Of a stretch of 64,000 nucleotides of DNA, positions 38,901-54,223 are shown piece after piece; positions within the stretch are counted from its first letter, which is position 1; each line of letters opens with the position of its first letter. Source of the DNA: Chrysomallon squamiferum. Its lineage: Eukaryota > Animalia > Mollusca. The translations under genes and the position numbers were made by a program. The DNA lies in NCBI GenBank assembly GCA_012295275.1, contig CM022669.1, positions 2,294,001 to 2,358,000 on the forward strand, written 5' to 3'. The notes under the pieces were generated by a model. That model was given only the letters and a program-made list of their open reading frames with translations, had not been told where the DNA came from and did not search any database.

Positions 38901-41066
38901 TATGTATGTGTGTATGGGTGTGCATATGTGTGTGTGTGTGTGGATATATATATATGTATATATATGTGTGTGTGTGTTTCTGTGTATGCATATGCATGTA
39001 TATGTATGTGTATATGTATGTGTACACACACATGAAAGAAATGGCACTGCACATCTGGAAAAAAGGCACCCTGTTTATTTTGTATATATAGTTGCTTAAA
39101 AAAAACACAGCTTAAAAGTACTTTTGAAAACAAATTTATTCATATATGTATCACATTATTATCACATCTAAAAATATAATAGACATAGCATTGTTTAACT
39201 TCTTGGTTTTGGTTGCCATGAGGTTTCCAGCAGATGTTGTGACCAGATCCTTGAAGGAACTCTTCAACAGTCTTGCTCCCATCTCGTCTGTCCACACATA
39301 ACTGATGAAGATGAAGGTGTGCACACATTTGACTCGCATGTCGGGAGGCTCGCCACGAGCAGCATTGAGGAGAGTTGTACTGACTTGGGCAGCATCTGCT
39401 TGAAGCCAGTGAATTAATTTCCACATAGAAGAATGGGAAACATCACACAAATGTTCAATTCTGTGATTCCATGACTCACAGAGATTGTTAGTGCACTGCT
39501 AGCCATCAAGGGTGACCTGGTGAATATTCCATGTCTGTGGAGGGAAGAGTGGAAGGATATGGCAGAGCATGATGACATCTTGTCCTTCACCATCTGGAGC
39601 ATGCCTGTACGTACCAATACAGTAGCTGGTGTCAAAGTAGTTGAGAAGAGGTTCCATCTGTTTTGGTGTAAAGGAACTGAAGGCCTGCAGGCAGATCATT
39701 GACTGAACAGTTTAATGTCTTCAGAGTCCTTGGACTGCCAAATAAGACCCAAGTCCTGCACCTTCTGCCATGTGGACTGGGTAAGATGGAAGAAACAGCC
39801 ATGTATTAGCACAGAAGTCACAGCACCATTGCCATCTCAAAGTCTATTACTACAGTGGAAGGATCAGGGTCTTGATGCAGTTCAGAACACTTGTCAACAA
39901 TAGCATTTAATTTCCTTTGGAGTAGAGAAAGAGCATTCCCAGGGGACAGTGTATAACATACAGCTGGCAGAAGCCGGGAGGAGCAACAGCATGGTTCCCA
40001 TCCATGAACCAGTCTCAGCAGTTGACAGATGTTGCAGAGCGTCACTCGCACTAAATAGGATGATTATACATTATTATCTGGACGTTTGTCATAGATGAGG
40101 AACTGTTGATGATGAGATCTCGAAGAGTTTCAGGTTGAAAAGGGACGTGGCCAAGTCTCTGGTTATGTAAGGTTATTTCATTGACTCTTCCCTGGCAGTG
40201 ACATCAGTTTGACTCATGGCTTCAGTTACTATCTGGCTTGGCTTGTCGAAACTTTGCTTGGCCTGCTGCTTCATCTCAGAACAGCACTTGAAAACCAAGG
40301 TTGTGGTTAGTGCTGCTTTTCAATCAGTAGTGCTTTGTACACATTGCCACCTTATGTTATGAGGCTTTGTTATCTGTTTAGTGTAGATGAATATAAACTT
40401 CTGACCACCTTTGTTGCTAGTTATGACTTACATTGTGAACAGAGTCAAACTTTCTGATGAAAATTAATGGTTTTTCATTGGTATTTATAAGAAATACATC
40501 TGCTTGTAATAGAAGTGCTCATTGGGAACCCAGAGGTGCAATTATGAATTGTTTTTGTAAACAGCACTTAACTGGTTATGTTACTGTGATGGACTGAACT
40601 AAAAACACCAAACATAATGTAAAGATAAATAAACACCATTAATGTATCTGAGATTCCTTTCTCTTTGTTTACACTTAAAGTACTTGCACAATTTCTCCAA
40701 ATCAGTTGGGACATTAATAAATGTTAAATACTGTCACTGGGGCTATCTTAAGAAACCCAGGACAGTAATGGTCTGGAAGTATTGTTCAGAGATGTGAGAT
40801 GCTATCAGTGTGATTGGAGTAAAAGAGAGATCACGAGCTTCAGAAATTATCTGGCAAGGGAGAAACACATTTGAGTCAATTCTCTGAAATGTTATTACAA
40901 TAATATCATCTACAACACTTGTGCTATAACTGTCTACCATGTTGTACATTGATACAGAGGAATTAAAGATATAATCATGATTGAACTTGTGTATTTTTTG
41001 TGTGAGGGTGCAGTTATGAATTTACTATCAATAACTATATGTCAGTCACCCATAACACATACATAT

Positions 41067-41122
<56 letters not shown>

Positions 41123-41152
41123 TCATACATATGTATACATAGATGCATGAGT

Positions 41153-41184
<32 letters not shown>

Positions 41185-41504
41185 TGTGTGTGTGCATACA
41201 TACATACATACATATATGTATATATACTACCAATAACTAATGTTTTTCAGGTGCCATTTTTTCCAAATCTGCACAGTCCCATTTCTTCTGGGTGCCATTT
41301 TTTTTCCTACACACATTTAGAATACACTGTAAGTGTACTTGAGTTCAGTGTTACTCTGTCAACATTTACACATTTTAGTTTCTATAAATGCACATGGTTT
41401 ATAATATTTCATCATTAGGTAGTTAGGTATGTACATATGTACATATGTATAATCTGTGTATGTATGCTTATAATATATACATACATCTTTCTTTCTCTCT
41501 CTAC

Positions 41505-41552
<48 letters not shown>

Positions 41553-41973
41553 AAACATAAGGAAAAAAAGAAATTCTAATGTATGCAAATATCCACTAAG
41601 AATGCTGGTATTATTTCTTTCAAAATTAGCTCAGATAAAAAAAAGAAAGTTAAACAAATATTTAAATAGAAGTGATACTTGAAGCAATGTTGTAGATGTA
41701 AGTAAACATTATAATCTGATGAAAACTGGAAACATCAATGAACAATGTGTGCAGATTTCCTACTGTATTGATGTTACACAACTGGTACAGATGTTAATAT
41801 TCAAATATTCACAATCACAGAAAAATAAAATTCAAGTGCAAATCCAGACCAGTTTCACACAGGGTTTAGTAACAACGTGAAGGACTTTGTTTGCTTGTTT
41901 CTTTATTTATGTTTTGTGTTAGTTTTCAGGAAAATTATTTACTGTTTCTCCTAAGCATCCATATATCTATTCA

Positions 41974-42021
<48 letters not shown>

Positions 42022-44976
42022 ATAAGTGCAAGTATTACAGGTAGATTACAAGCATAATTATACTTAATTTTATCAGCGAAAAATTAATAATAATAATAAT
42101 AACTAATTAAATACATAAAATTTTATCATATTCCTCCAAATTTTTTTAAACCTTTAACTAAGAAAAATGCAGTCATTTTTTTGTTGACAACATCAATGGA
42201 AATGGTATAACATTAATGTTATGCCGTACCCCATCATGCAGTATCATATTATACAACCTTACCAGCATGCTTTCATCCTGTTTCACTGAAGTTCTTGCCA
42301 ACTCTAAAGTTTGAGTAGCAACCAAAGAGAGATCAAAATAAAGGTGAAATAAATGTGTATGTAAGTATTAGCTAGCTATCACAATTAGGAAGGGCTGCTT
42401 GTTCTGTGTTTTTATAACTCACAGACATAACACTTTTTAAAGATAAACCTCAAATTACTGACCCTGATTTTTGTTTTTCTTCTAATGAAGTCCATCAAGC
42501 CACCCCTCACTGTTTCAGGAACAATTTAGAATTCTATTAACTTAGTCTTACATGTAGTAACTACAGTATTAGTTTATGAACAATCAAAAACAGAATTAAC
42601 TTAGTGTAACAGTCTGTAAAGAATTTTAACTAGTTATCATGTACAACAATGACAATGTAATTAATTAATATGGCAAGAATACTTGAAATAAGAATAATAT
42701 ATTTGACTGTTGTTTTTCATGTGAAATCCAATACATGTCACCATCATTGTCAATAATAAAAACAAGAATTTCCACTTATTCCTTCTTTTGTCCAGCAAAG
42801 TTTTAACGTTAGCAACCAAAACATAGAAAATATTTGCTAAAAATAAAAATTTACTTTTCACCAGTCATTTATTTCAGAAATCCAATTCTATTTTTTTTTT
42901 TTAATTCTTTTTCTTTATTTTTTAAAAATATAACACAAACTAATAAATTAATTTAACAAGAAATCTGTTTAGGACTATTCATCCATCAGCTAGCAGCCAG
43001 ATTGATAAATACCTATAAGATCAAAGCTTTTTTCTATATATCAAAAAATATTAGCCTGTAAATATCACCTTGAAATATTTTTTTCTTCAACCATTCAATA
43101 TATTTTACTTACATATGATTACAAGCCTTTCAATATAGTGTTTTTAGCATATGAAATAAGCCACTAAACACATTGTTTTTAACTTACAGTTATAATGATT
43201 ATAAACCATAAACATATTGTTTTTAATATATGATTAAAAGCCAAGGACACTGCTGTAATATATAATCCATTCAATGCATTTTTTTTTAACATGATACGAC
43301 TAATTAAACACAATGCTTTTATATATGACATAAATATTCAAAAATCTATATTAATGTATTTTTATATTTATCTATGGAACTGTATTCTGGTCTGTTGGTT
43401 CTCCAGGGTGCAGAAAATCAATACTTTTTGTGTCATTGAGAAAGATGAACTTGTTTGTCATATTTTCTGTTACATGAATCCAGATATGTGAATGTGTTGA
43501 TCTGGGAGCAGGGCTCTGTGTGCTAATGGCTTTAGGATCATTCTTCATCATCACGTCTGCTGGGCTATTTTCAGTTCAGCCAGCTTGTTTATTAAACACT
43601 ATGAAATATACTTTCCAATGACAGGAAGGTGCTTATAATATTTCACTTGCTGCTAAATACAAAAGAAGAACCCATTTTGAGACACAAATGCTCGAAGTAT
43701 TGACATACAGTTTTGATTCCTTTATTAAATAAATCAGTTCTTCCTTCTAATATGTGACCACAAATATTTTATATACAAGACCAACCTTTTTTTAATTATC
43801 TACTAATCTATTTCAATTTCCAGCTGTTACCCATAATTCATTTATTAAAGTCTGTAGTGTCAAGTCTATGACAAGAGTATAATAAAAGATATTTGCTGTT
43901 GATATGTAAAAGTAATCTATGTGACATCACTGGGTTTCCTCTCTCTTATGATATATGATTTCTTAATTTATTTAAAATCTATCCGTGAAAAAGTAATGTA
44001 AAAGCAAGAAACAGTAATCTAAAACAACAAACTGACTGTTAAGACCTTTCTATTTACTCACTAAAGATAATGTAAAACACTTCTGGAAATAGGTAGATTA
44101 CTGGTAGACTTTCAGGAATAATCATGAATTACATAACAACTGTGCCCTGAGGCTTTTTGCCCAATATTGTTAGAGCTCTACACTTTGTTATCACAGGCTG
44201 TCATATGTTTATTACTTATTACTAAAAGAAAAATATTTATTGGGTTGCTCTGCATGTTTAATATATACAATAGCTGATTGTTGTTAATCAATGAGTGTTA
44301 AATGGTAGTGTTATTAAACAAATAGTAAACACACACACTCACACACACACTCTCACACAAACACTCTCACACACACACGCACACACTCGCACACATACAT
44401 GCACACCCAAACACTCATCAAATCACATTCAAAGACAAAATTAATATTTTTACATTTAAATGAAGATTGTTTATGAAAATAATAAAGTTCACAAAAAGTA
44501 TTATATTATAATAATAAAAATGTCCTTTATGTCTGTTCTCAAAATAAATCAGAAAAGAACTGGAAAAAAAAGGTTATCATTAAAATGAAACAAGGATTAA
44601 TAAAGATTATGTAAGTTTCTAATAAAGATTATGAAAATTTCTAACACAGAATATGTAAATTCACAGAAGAACACATTTTGTGTTTTTTATCTCCAGCAAA
44701 AGAAGTGAACCTTTTAATTTCAAAAATATTTAAACAAAAATAAAATAATGTTACTATTAGTCTGAAGTTTATCTTAGTCAATATATAGGAATTCTGGAGA
44801 CAACTTCTTAACAATGACCAATCTACTGATTTGGAAAATAACTGTTTTACATAAAACAGAAAAAACTGTAGAAATAATTTTCTGAAAAAAATGAAGTTTA
44901 AAACGACTTATATAAAATAACTATTTCTAATGTACAGTTTTTAAAATTGTTAATACTGATATTATTATTACAACAG

Positions 44977-45016
<40 letters not shown>

Positions 45017-45197
45017 TGATATCATCGTCATCATCATCATAATCATTATTACTAGTAGTACTACCACTTTATAAAATTTATATGTTTTATATATTTATTT
45101 ATTGTTGTTGTTTGTTTATCATTTCCTGTTACATCTGTCATATAAAATAAATTTAATGTTTTCAGAACAAACCTATAGCCTGTCTCTGTGTTTCCAT
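33500..45197 (-). CDS. Uncharacterised, largely disordered tail-anchored protein, about 646 aa; exons 38210-36621, 34239-34129, 33673-33500, with tentative 5' exons 45197-45173 and 42303-42263
   Basis: A 1590-nt open exon rich in S/D/E/T. Phase-0 joins lead to a last exon ending LLQTVVLVIAGIVVIATAVGLGIFFSQRK*. The two small 5' exons fit in phase but are speculative. Confidence 0.75.
35020..35635 (+). mobile_element. pogo/Tigger-like element, copy 3
   Basis: TA|CAGTGGTACATTGACTTATGAG ... CTTATAAGTCAAGGTCCCACTG|TA, with remnant STICTILKLKESIKAVTPAKG. Confidence 0.9.
39030..41310 (-). mobile_element. Decayed Mutator-like (MULE) transposon; transposase pseudogene at about 39190-40433
   Basis: Broken frames give FLYWCH-like SNKGGQK...IRWQC and MULE-type DPSTVVIDFEMA, HGCFFHLTQSTWQKVQDLGL and TNNLCESWNH. 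Degenerate inverted repeats at about 39034-39073 and 41248-41288. Confidence 0.82.
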
Positions 45198-45729
45198 GGT
45201 TAAGTATGTCTCTTTATGACTGGCAGGTTTCTGGCTCAAACCCCATAATCTCAACATGTACTTAGAACTAATTGGTTACATAAAACAAATCGTACATTCT
45301 CATACTAACTTCATGATATATTCTCTGTGTTAACTCAAACAAATCTTCTAACACATTAACATCACCTTTCTAGACAATCAAGACTCCTGAAATATGTCCA
45401 CAACAGACATGTTTGAACCATCGTGTATGTTTCACACGTTCCCGTGGCTGGTTAAACAATAAGACTCTTTAGTCTCTCCAGGATGGGCAGTGCAAAGATA
45501 TTCTGGGATAGGCTTGTCTGATTTTTATTTTTATTTTTTGTTATTTAATTTATTATATATATTTTTTATTTATTTATTTTTATAATTTATTATGTTTTTG
45601 TATTTTTTATAAATCTCTCTGTGAGTCAAACAGGTTTTATAACACTTTATGTGCTCAGATACAGTCGGTTTTCCTGAAGTGTCATTAATAAATAATAACA
45701 TAGCTTTATATACATAAAACATACGCAAC

Positions 45730-46265
45730 ACCACTAACATTTAACTACTCAAAAACACATTAATTTAACTATTCAGATTCACTAACATTTAAATACTCAA
45801 AACAACTTATGATTAACTACTCAAAAACTCCTTACATTTTAATACTCAAAGATATTTACATTTAATTTTTCCAAACCACTTACAATTAACTTCTTAAAAC
45901 CACTTAACTATTAAAAAATCACAACTCAAAAACTCATTACATTAACTTTAAATAAACATTTGTATTTAAATACTTAAAACCATATTTTTTTTAATTACAC
46001 AAAAGCAGTTAACTGCTGAAAACAGTTTACACTCAACAACTCAAAAACTCATTACATTTTAACTTACTAAAATTAAAAACACTTAATTATTCAGAATACT
46101 TAAACTTTACTACTCAAAATCACCCATATTAAACTCCTCAAAATCACTTCTATCTAATTACTCAAAACCACTTTTATATATCTACTCAAAACTACTTCCA
46201 TTTAACACCTCAAAACCCCATACATTTAACTACTCAAATGAACCTTTTTACCTACTCAAAATAAA
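45730..46265. repeat. Highly degenerate minisatellite of about 26 bp
   Basis: Recurring CATTTAACTACTCAAAA-like units. Confidence 0.7.
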
Positions 46266-46634
46266 CTAAATATACTTTATAACACTTACCTCTGGAGACT
46301 GACTTTACCTGTAACGACTAAACACACACACCTGTCTTTTATTACACAAGTGAGAACTCTTTCACAATCCACAGTTACCTACATGTTAATTTTCTACCTG
46401 TTTTCACCTGCTGTCAAATCATTTCATCTTCCCCATGATTCAACATGTGGGTAGATAAAACAGAATATAAATGACATAAGAAAGATTTATTACATCTGGC
46501 AGGTAATAATTGGGTAACTGAAACCTTCACTTTGTCATTACAGATGTCAGTGTAAAGTTTGATGAAAGGATAACAGTATGCCAGCACTGGTAAATATTAG
46601 TTTAGATGTGTGTCAAAAGATTATATTTAATTTG

Positions 46635-46675
<41 letters not shown>

Positions 46676-47849
46676 GACAAAATAAATGTTATAAATAAAT
46701 ACATAAATAAAGAATAAATAAATAAATAAATAAACAAATAAACAAAATTTTAAACACATGCAATAACAAATTACCATTCAATGAATATTTTGGCTGTTTT
46801 GAAAAATATATGCCTGTGGTTTGATACAAGACTAGATCCAATGTCTTTGTTCTTTCCTATTCCACCCATTCCCTGTATTATTTATAAGACACACTTTCCT
46901 GTCTGTGAAAATGTCTTCTGCTGTTTGATAGTCATTTCACAAAACAGATTCCTCATATAAAACACCATATAATTATTACACCTGCTCTCAGTATCAAACA
47001 GATGTTCAATGAATATACTAAGAGAATGATAGAGCTTAACTTGAAATAACAAAAACCTTTTTCTCAATAGTACAGTTTAATAATAATTATATGTTAACAC
47101 TTCAGTACAATTTACCATGCATTTGTGTATTATGATAACATTTTACACAATCAAAATTTTATGTGTACATATAATAATTTATCCACATTATATATAACTT
47201 TTTACTAAAATTATTAGTAGCTGAAATAAATTAAATGATCAGTATTATCTTGAAACATCTTAACTATCAATATAAATAAAATTCTGCTATTGCTGCCACG
47301 CCCTTTTACAAAAATTAAGAGATATAAATGTAAAAATAAATTCAGTGAGACAAACAGTTAGTGCAAAACAATAGGATTTACAAATTACCCAATTCCTAGG
47401 TGAACTGTCAGATGTAAAATTCCTTTTCTCCATTGTCTGAAATTTGCACAATAAGAGTCATGTTGTATTACGTATCACTAATTACAGGTGAACATTTACC
47501 TGGCTGTGTGATGTTCTCACATCAATAGTCTGTCACTAAATGAACAGTCACACTTGTTGCTTGAACATTGATTTACACTCAGATTTAGAATCTCATACAG
47601 ATGGGTGCCATTGTAAAGATGAGTATCCAGAGATATAACATGGTAAATGCAGAATTGCATTAAGGCTGATCCAGATTTTGAAGGATCTGACAAGCATAAA
47701 TCTAGTTTTAAACGATGAGTCCATGTTTTTATAAAGGCAGTTATGTATCTATGTAGCTAAGCATGATAATTGTTAGAGATGAGTTCAAAGAAACTATAAC
47801 TAGTGTGGTAAAAAAATGTAGTTGTCTTATTATCAATCAAACGTGTGTG

Positions 47850-47880
<31 letters not shown>

Positions 47881-48241
47881 ACATAGATGCTTGCAAATGT
47901 ATATTTGTTTTAACACATAATATTTTCTAACAAAAGGTCAAATGCACACACACACACACACACACACAGACACACTCAGACACACACAAACACATACACA
48001 CAGACACACACACACACACAAACAATCACACACACAGACACACAGACACACACACACACAAACACACACACACAGACACATACACCTATCCATAGCAGGG
48101 AGTGTGTAAAATAGACTTTTCAACTTTTGAAACTTAACAAAATAAAATAAAAATTATTTTCAAGATTGAAATGAAACAGGAAAAATATCCTTAACTCAGT
48201 GTGCTTCAGAATATCAACATAACACATCTGTCATTTATGAG

Positions 48242-48393
48242 ACTGCTGTGATGTAAAACACACACATATATTTATATATAAAGATGCTGTTACTGCTGTG
48301 ATGTAAAACACATATTTATATATAAAGATGCTGTTATTGCGGTGATGTAAAACACACACATATTTATATATAAAGATGCTGTTACTGCTGTGA
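48242..48393. repeat. Tandem repeat of about 50 bp, 3 copies
   Basis: ACTGCTGTGATGTAAAACACA...TATTTATATATAAAGATGCTGTT repeated. Confidence 0.85.
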
Positions 48394-50857
48394 TGGTAGA
48401 TGGTATATGTCAGAATAATGTCACATTTCTTTTGATCAGACAACAACAACATATTTGTAATTACCCACTCTGTGAACTCATCAATTTAAATTACCATTTC
48501 ACACAACTACATATATTCATAAAGCTGTTAGAGATTAAACAAACTGAACTGACAAAAACATACCCTCACACACACACACACACACACACATTTATGTGTA
48601 TCTCTCACTGTGTATGGCTGAGTTAATGTCAGTATATTCAAGATAAGTGCATGTGTATGTATGTGTTTGTCCACAGAAAAAGAATGAACTAATTAACCCG
48701 TTCCTTTAATGGAGGTATTTAGAAAGTGTCATGCAATGTAAAAACATAAGTGAGTTATTAGCTTTGTGGAGTTGGCATGGACTGGTAATTTATCACGTGT
48801 ATTAATATCTTACTTCATGCATTTAACTCTCCAGGGCATTTTGTCTACGCTGTTCATGTACTATTAGATACACACACTTTATTTTCTTCTGAGATATTGA
48901 TTCACAATATGAAATCATTTTAGTTTGAGGTTACATCCAGTGATTTTATTGTTATTCTTGTCTCTATTATAATATAAACATTTGAACATGAATTGTTTTT
49001 TTGTTTTTTTTAAACATTTATAAAAACAATGTAATTAAACATGGTATTTTATTCTGCATATTTTAAATTCACAAGTGCACTTTTGTATTTCTTTTTTTCT
49101 TTTGCATATGTATGGATTTTTATTTATTTATTTCTTTTATTTATGTATTTTTTTATTTATGTATTTTTTATTTATTTATTTATTATTATTATTATTTTGT
49201 TTTTTTGGTTACTTGGTTTTTATTATTGTTCCTTTTTTTTTTAAATATTTCAAAAGAATTTATGTATAATACCTATTTGAGAATATATTTCATCTTCATT
49301 ATTGATTTCTTTTTAAAATGTTTAATTTGGATACATAGAGCCCCTACTTTTGACATAAACAAATATATATGTTGAAGTCTTGCACTCACACAGACACATA
49401 CCTACATGTGTGTGTATGTGAGTGTATGTGTGTGTTTCTGTAAATTAGATGGAAGGATATATATATAGAGAGAGACAGAGACAGAGAGACAGGCAAAACA
49501 ATGATAGCTGAAACATTTTGTTTGTTATAAACATTGAAATAATAAATAAATAAATATATATATATACATACACACACACACATATACATACAAACACATT
49601 CTTACATACCTATTTTCATAAACTAATAATGTATATATATATATTTATATATATATATTTATTTATTATTTCAATGTTTATAAATATTATATATATCAAA
49701 TATGATACACACACATACACAACAAATAAGTACAGACTATAAAGTCACCTACCTCCAAATCCAGATGTGTTGTTGCTAGGGTCTGAAATTGATCAAGATC
49801 TTCCAAACTTATGGTATAACAGAGATTCCTTGAACAATAACATCAACCAGAACATCACAATATCACAATTCAGTGATCTCCATTGAGCGTCATCACACTG
49901 TAACATCAGTAGTTCCTGAGATTTCGTGATATTGGTTCATTCCAGAAACCTGACATCATAACTTTAATTAAATTTTATCAGTGTAGTCACATGTTGTCAA
50001 AGAGATTTTAAGTTATTATCATTACTTTAATAAAAGGCTCCACTGGATTTTTGTTTGTTTGTTTATCTTCAGCTTCCTATCATAGAAATAATACAGAGTT
50101 TATTTTCATTGTCACAGAAGAACTCACTTTTTCATTTTTCTCTTCTGTAAAACTCAGAATCAATATTTTCATTCTACTTTAATAGTCAAAAGTAATATTT
50201 TCAGATTTATATTTCAGTATGAAATTCGAAATACAGATTTTTTATTCATTTCAAAAGCCAAAGTTCAGGTTTTTAAATTATTTCAACAGTAAAAATGCAG
50301 CCTTTTATTTCACATGGTAAAAATATATGTTGTAATTTCACATCAACAGCAAAAATACATGGTCTCTGTTCATTATAAAAGTCAAAATATAGCTTTCCTT
50401 TCCGATTCAACAGTCAAAATAATGTTTCCCCTTTATTACAATTGTCAAAAATACATATTATTGATTCAATATACATTCAATATCAAAATATTATGATATA
50501 TGAACAATAAAATATTGATTTTCCTTTCACATCAAACTACAGATTTTCTGAATACTCAGCTCATAGTCAAAATACAGCTTTTCATTTCACATAAGTGTCA
50601 AACTGGATAAAAAAAATAATTAAAAAAATTTAAATTACCATTCATGAAGTAATTCTTATAAATTGCTACTGCTATCAAACTCAATATACAAAGTTATATT
50701 CATCAATTATTATTTTTTTATTTTAGAAAACCTTTTTAAATTTCCAAAACAAATGAATGAGATATTTCTTACAACCAGTCTTTCTGAAAAATCCTGCTGT
50801 CATGAAACTGCTGATGAAAAAATATATCAGGTTTGTATTTTTATCTTTTTTTAATTA

Positions 50858-51532
50858 CAGTGGAACCTTGACATTACGAGTTAACCAAGTTATGAGAGAG
50901 CTTCAGATACGCCGTCGCAAGTTGGCGCAACGAACAACACAACATCCGACCAGCATCCCATGTCTCACTCGTTTACTTCACATGGTTATCTCGCCATGGA
51001 TGTATCTCTGGTGTGTTGTGCTTGTGTTTTGTGCAGTATTTTGCCAAATTTCTTTTTTCTGACAGTGGACATTAAGAAAGTGAGTGCAAAGGACTGTGCT
51101 GAGAAGGAGAACTGGATGATGTCCATTGAAGCATGAAACTATAGAAAGACATGAACGAGGTGTGCGTATAGTCGACTTGACTAGGCAGTACGAGCGTAGT
51201 ACTTCTACGATATGTTGCAAACAAACTCCTCCACACCCGCCAGCATTTTCATTTAGGCCACGTCTAATCTCCATGATAAATACACTTTACAAAACCAATT
51301 TGTTTCTTTACATTCACTTTCATTTTATTTTTATACAATATTTGTCATTTACAAACACATTTTTCTTATTTAAAGACACGTTACAAAAAACTGGGGTGGA
51401 ATTTTGGGGAGCTGGAACGGATTACAGGTATTTCAATTAATTTCATTTGGGAAAATTGATTTATAATACAAGCAAATTGAGTTGCAAGTTCTGTCACGGA
51501 AAGGATTAAACTTGTAAATCATGGTACCACTG
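50858..51532 (+). mobile_element. pogo/Tigger-like element, copy 4
   Basis: TA|CAGTGGAACCTTGACATTACGAG ... CTTGTAAATCATGGTACCACTG|TA, with HTH remnant KHETIERHERGVRIVDLTRQYERSTSTIC. Confidence 0.9.
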
Positions 51533-52995
51533 TATTTAATTTTTGGTTATTATTATTATCATTAATTTTTTATTATTATTTTTTTAAATTTGTTTTTTAT
51601 TTGTCATATTTTTTATTATTTATAAGAAAAATATTTTCAGGATTTCTTTTCTTTATGCAGCTGTAATTTGTCATGTGTAAGGAAATTAATCATATATAAA
51701 TATTCTCCAAGTCATAAAGTCTAATCAATATTTGGGCTGTAAAACAATCTGAAAATTTAAGCAAAAATTAATTATATAAAACATAAGACAGAGGATGTTA
51801 TTAAAACTGACTGATAGAAGATGCATGTAGCGAGAAAACTGTATGACAGTACAGCCTGACTGGAAAATGTGAAAGTTGTATGAATATTTAATGAATAATC
51901 AATAGATCTATTCTAACCTCATTACTGCAGCTGCTGCTGCTACTACTACTACTACTGCTGCTACTACTACTATTACTATTATAATTATTATTATATTACT
52001 ACTAGTAGTGCTACTACTATTGGTATTATTACTATTATTATATTATTATTGCAACTACTATAACTATTACTAGTGCTACTGTTACTACTACCACTACTAT
52101 TACTACTACTATCATTGTTTTGCTTAATGAAAGACGAACCACTGACAAATTTGTGTTATTTGTATTAATTAATAGCATGAAAATATTTCTAATATTCACC
52201 TTCCCACAAACAGTATCAAAAAGTCTAGGTTTTTGTTTCAAGCAATTCGGTTTAAAAACCTGTAACTCAAAACTTTAAAAAGCTAAACGCCCTTTGCAAT
52301 TAATTCTGATGTCAGACATGTACTGTTTTCTGTAACTAAATAACTAAGTAAATAATAAACAGAAAATAATTGTAAATAGTACTTCTATTTCGAGTAAATA
52401 TGCAACCACGCATTTTAGACAGCGTTGTTAATAATATTGACAAAACTGAAACGTGACTTATAGGCTATGATGCTTTAAACAGCTTACAACAGCTGTGACT
52501 TATAAGATATTTCTAAATTAGCTCCAACAGACTCAATGTTAATACCAGCACCGAAAACCAGGTAACCTTATTCTAATCCTCCACAGTGTGTTTTTGGTGA
52601 TATATTCCATGCGAATTTTGCATACACCAAATATAATGGATAACAAGAATTAGCTTTCATAAGATCAGACAATCTTCGGGTATATTCTAAGCCTTCCAGC
52701 ACCATCTAGGTAAACTGCATGCTAAAAACTGCATGCAATAACGTAACAGCAATGACACTCGATCATTTTTTTTTTTTTTTCTGGCGGGGTTTTGTATGTT
52801 TGCGTGTGCGAGTGCGTGTATGCTTTTTTAATTAACAAAAAAGAGATACAAACGTGAAAACAAACGTGAAAAGATAGTATGAAACTGGGGTATTTTAATA
52901 CAGCAGCTTAACTCATTTACTTAGATGCTAATTTTCAATTCTAATATTTATCATTACTAAACATGCAGTGCTTAACCAAAATGTAAGATATTTAG

Positions 52996-53042
<47 letters not shown>

Positions 53043-53094
53043 GACTGAAGGCAATTTTACACAAGTTACGAAGAAGAGAACAATTTACAGCTGT

Positions 53095-54208
53095 TAATGA
53101 TCAGACCTAGACAGTAACAAGCAACCAGCCATAACGACATGGTAACAACTATTAATTATTATATCTAGACAGCAACAAGCAACCAGCCTTAACAACATGG
53201 TAACAACTGTTAATTATCAGACCTAGACAGCAACAAGCAACCAGCCTTAACAACATGGTAACAACTGTTAATTATCAGACCTAGACAGCAACAAGCAGCC
53301 AGCCTTAACGACATGGTAACAACTGTTAATTATGAGATCTAGACAGCAACAAGCAGCCAGCCTTAACGACATGGTAACAACTGTTAATTATCAGACCTAG
53401 ACAGCAACAAGCAACCAGCCTTAACAACATGGTAAAAACTGTTAATTATCAGACCTAGACAGCAACAAGCAACCAGCCTTAACGACATGGTAACAACTGT
53501 TAATTATTAGACCTAGACAGCAACAAGCAACCAGCCTTAACAACATGGTAACAACTGTTAATTATCAGATCTAGACAGCAACAAGCAACCAGCCTTAACA
53601 ACATGGTAAAAACTGTTAATTATCAGACCTAGACAGCAACAAGCAACCAGCCTTAACGACATGGTAACAACTGTTAATTATCAGACCTAGACAGCAACAA
53701 GCAGCCAGCCTTAACGACATGGTAACAACTGTTAATTATCAGATCAAGACAGCAACAAGCAGCCAGCCTTAACAACATGGTAAAAACTGTTAATTATCAG
53801 ATCTAGACAGCAACAAGCAGCCAGCCTTACGCGACATGGTAAAACTGTTAATTATCAGATCTAGACAGCAACAAGCAGCCAGCCTTAACGACATGGTAAC
53901 AACTGTTAATTATCAGATCTAGACAGCAACAAGCAACCAGCCTTAACGACATGGTAACAACTGTTAATTATCAGATCTAGACAACAACAAGCAGCCAGCC
54001 TTAACGACATGGTAACAACTGTTAATTATCAGACCTAGACAGCAACAAGCAGCCAGCCTTAACGACATGGTAACAACTGTTAATTATCAGATCTAGAAAA
54101 CAACAAGCAACCAGCCTTAACAACATGGTAACAACTGTTAATTATCAGATCTAGACAGCAACTAAGCTAACCTTCACGACATGGTTACGATTGTTAATTA
54201 TTAGATCT
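53095..54208. repeat. 58-bp tandem satellite, about 19 near-identical copies
   Basis: Unit CTAGACAGCAACAAGCAACCAGCCTTAACAACATGGTAACAACTGTTAATTATCAGAC starts at 53107, 53165, 53223 ... 54151, with no spacers. Confidence 0.97.
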
Positions 54209-54223
54209 TTACAATCAAAATCT

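Noticed and set aside
38756-39133. Cys/Val- or His/Thr-rich ORFs (also near 16.2, 32.4, 41.1 and 47.9 kb)
   Set aside because: Translations of (TG)n/(TA)n microsatellites.
53095-54208. CRISPR array
   Set aside because: Contiguous 58-bp units with no unique spacers, no cas genes, and a eukaryotic context.
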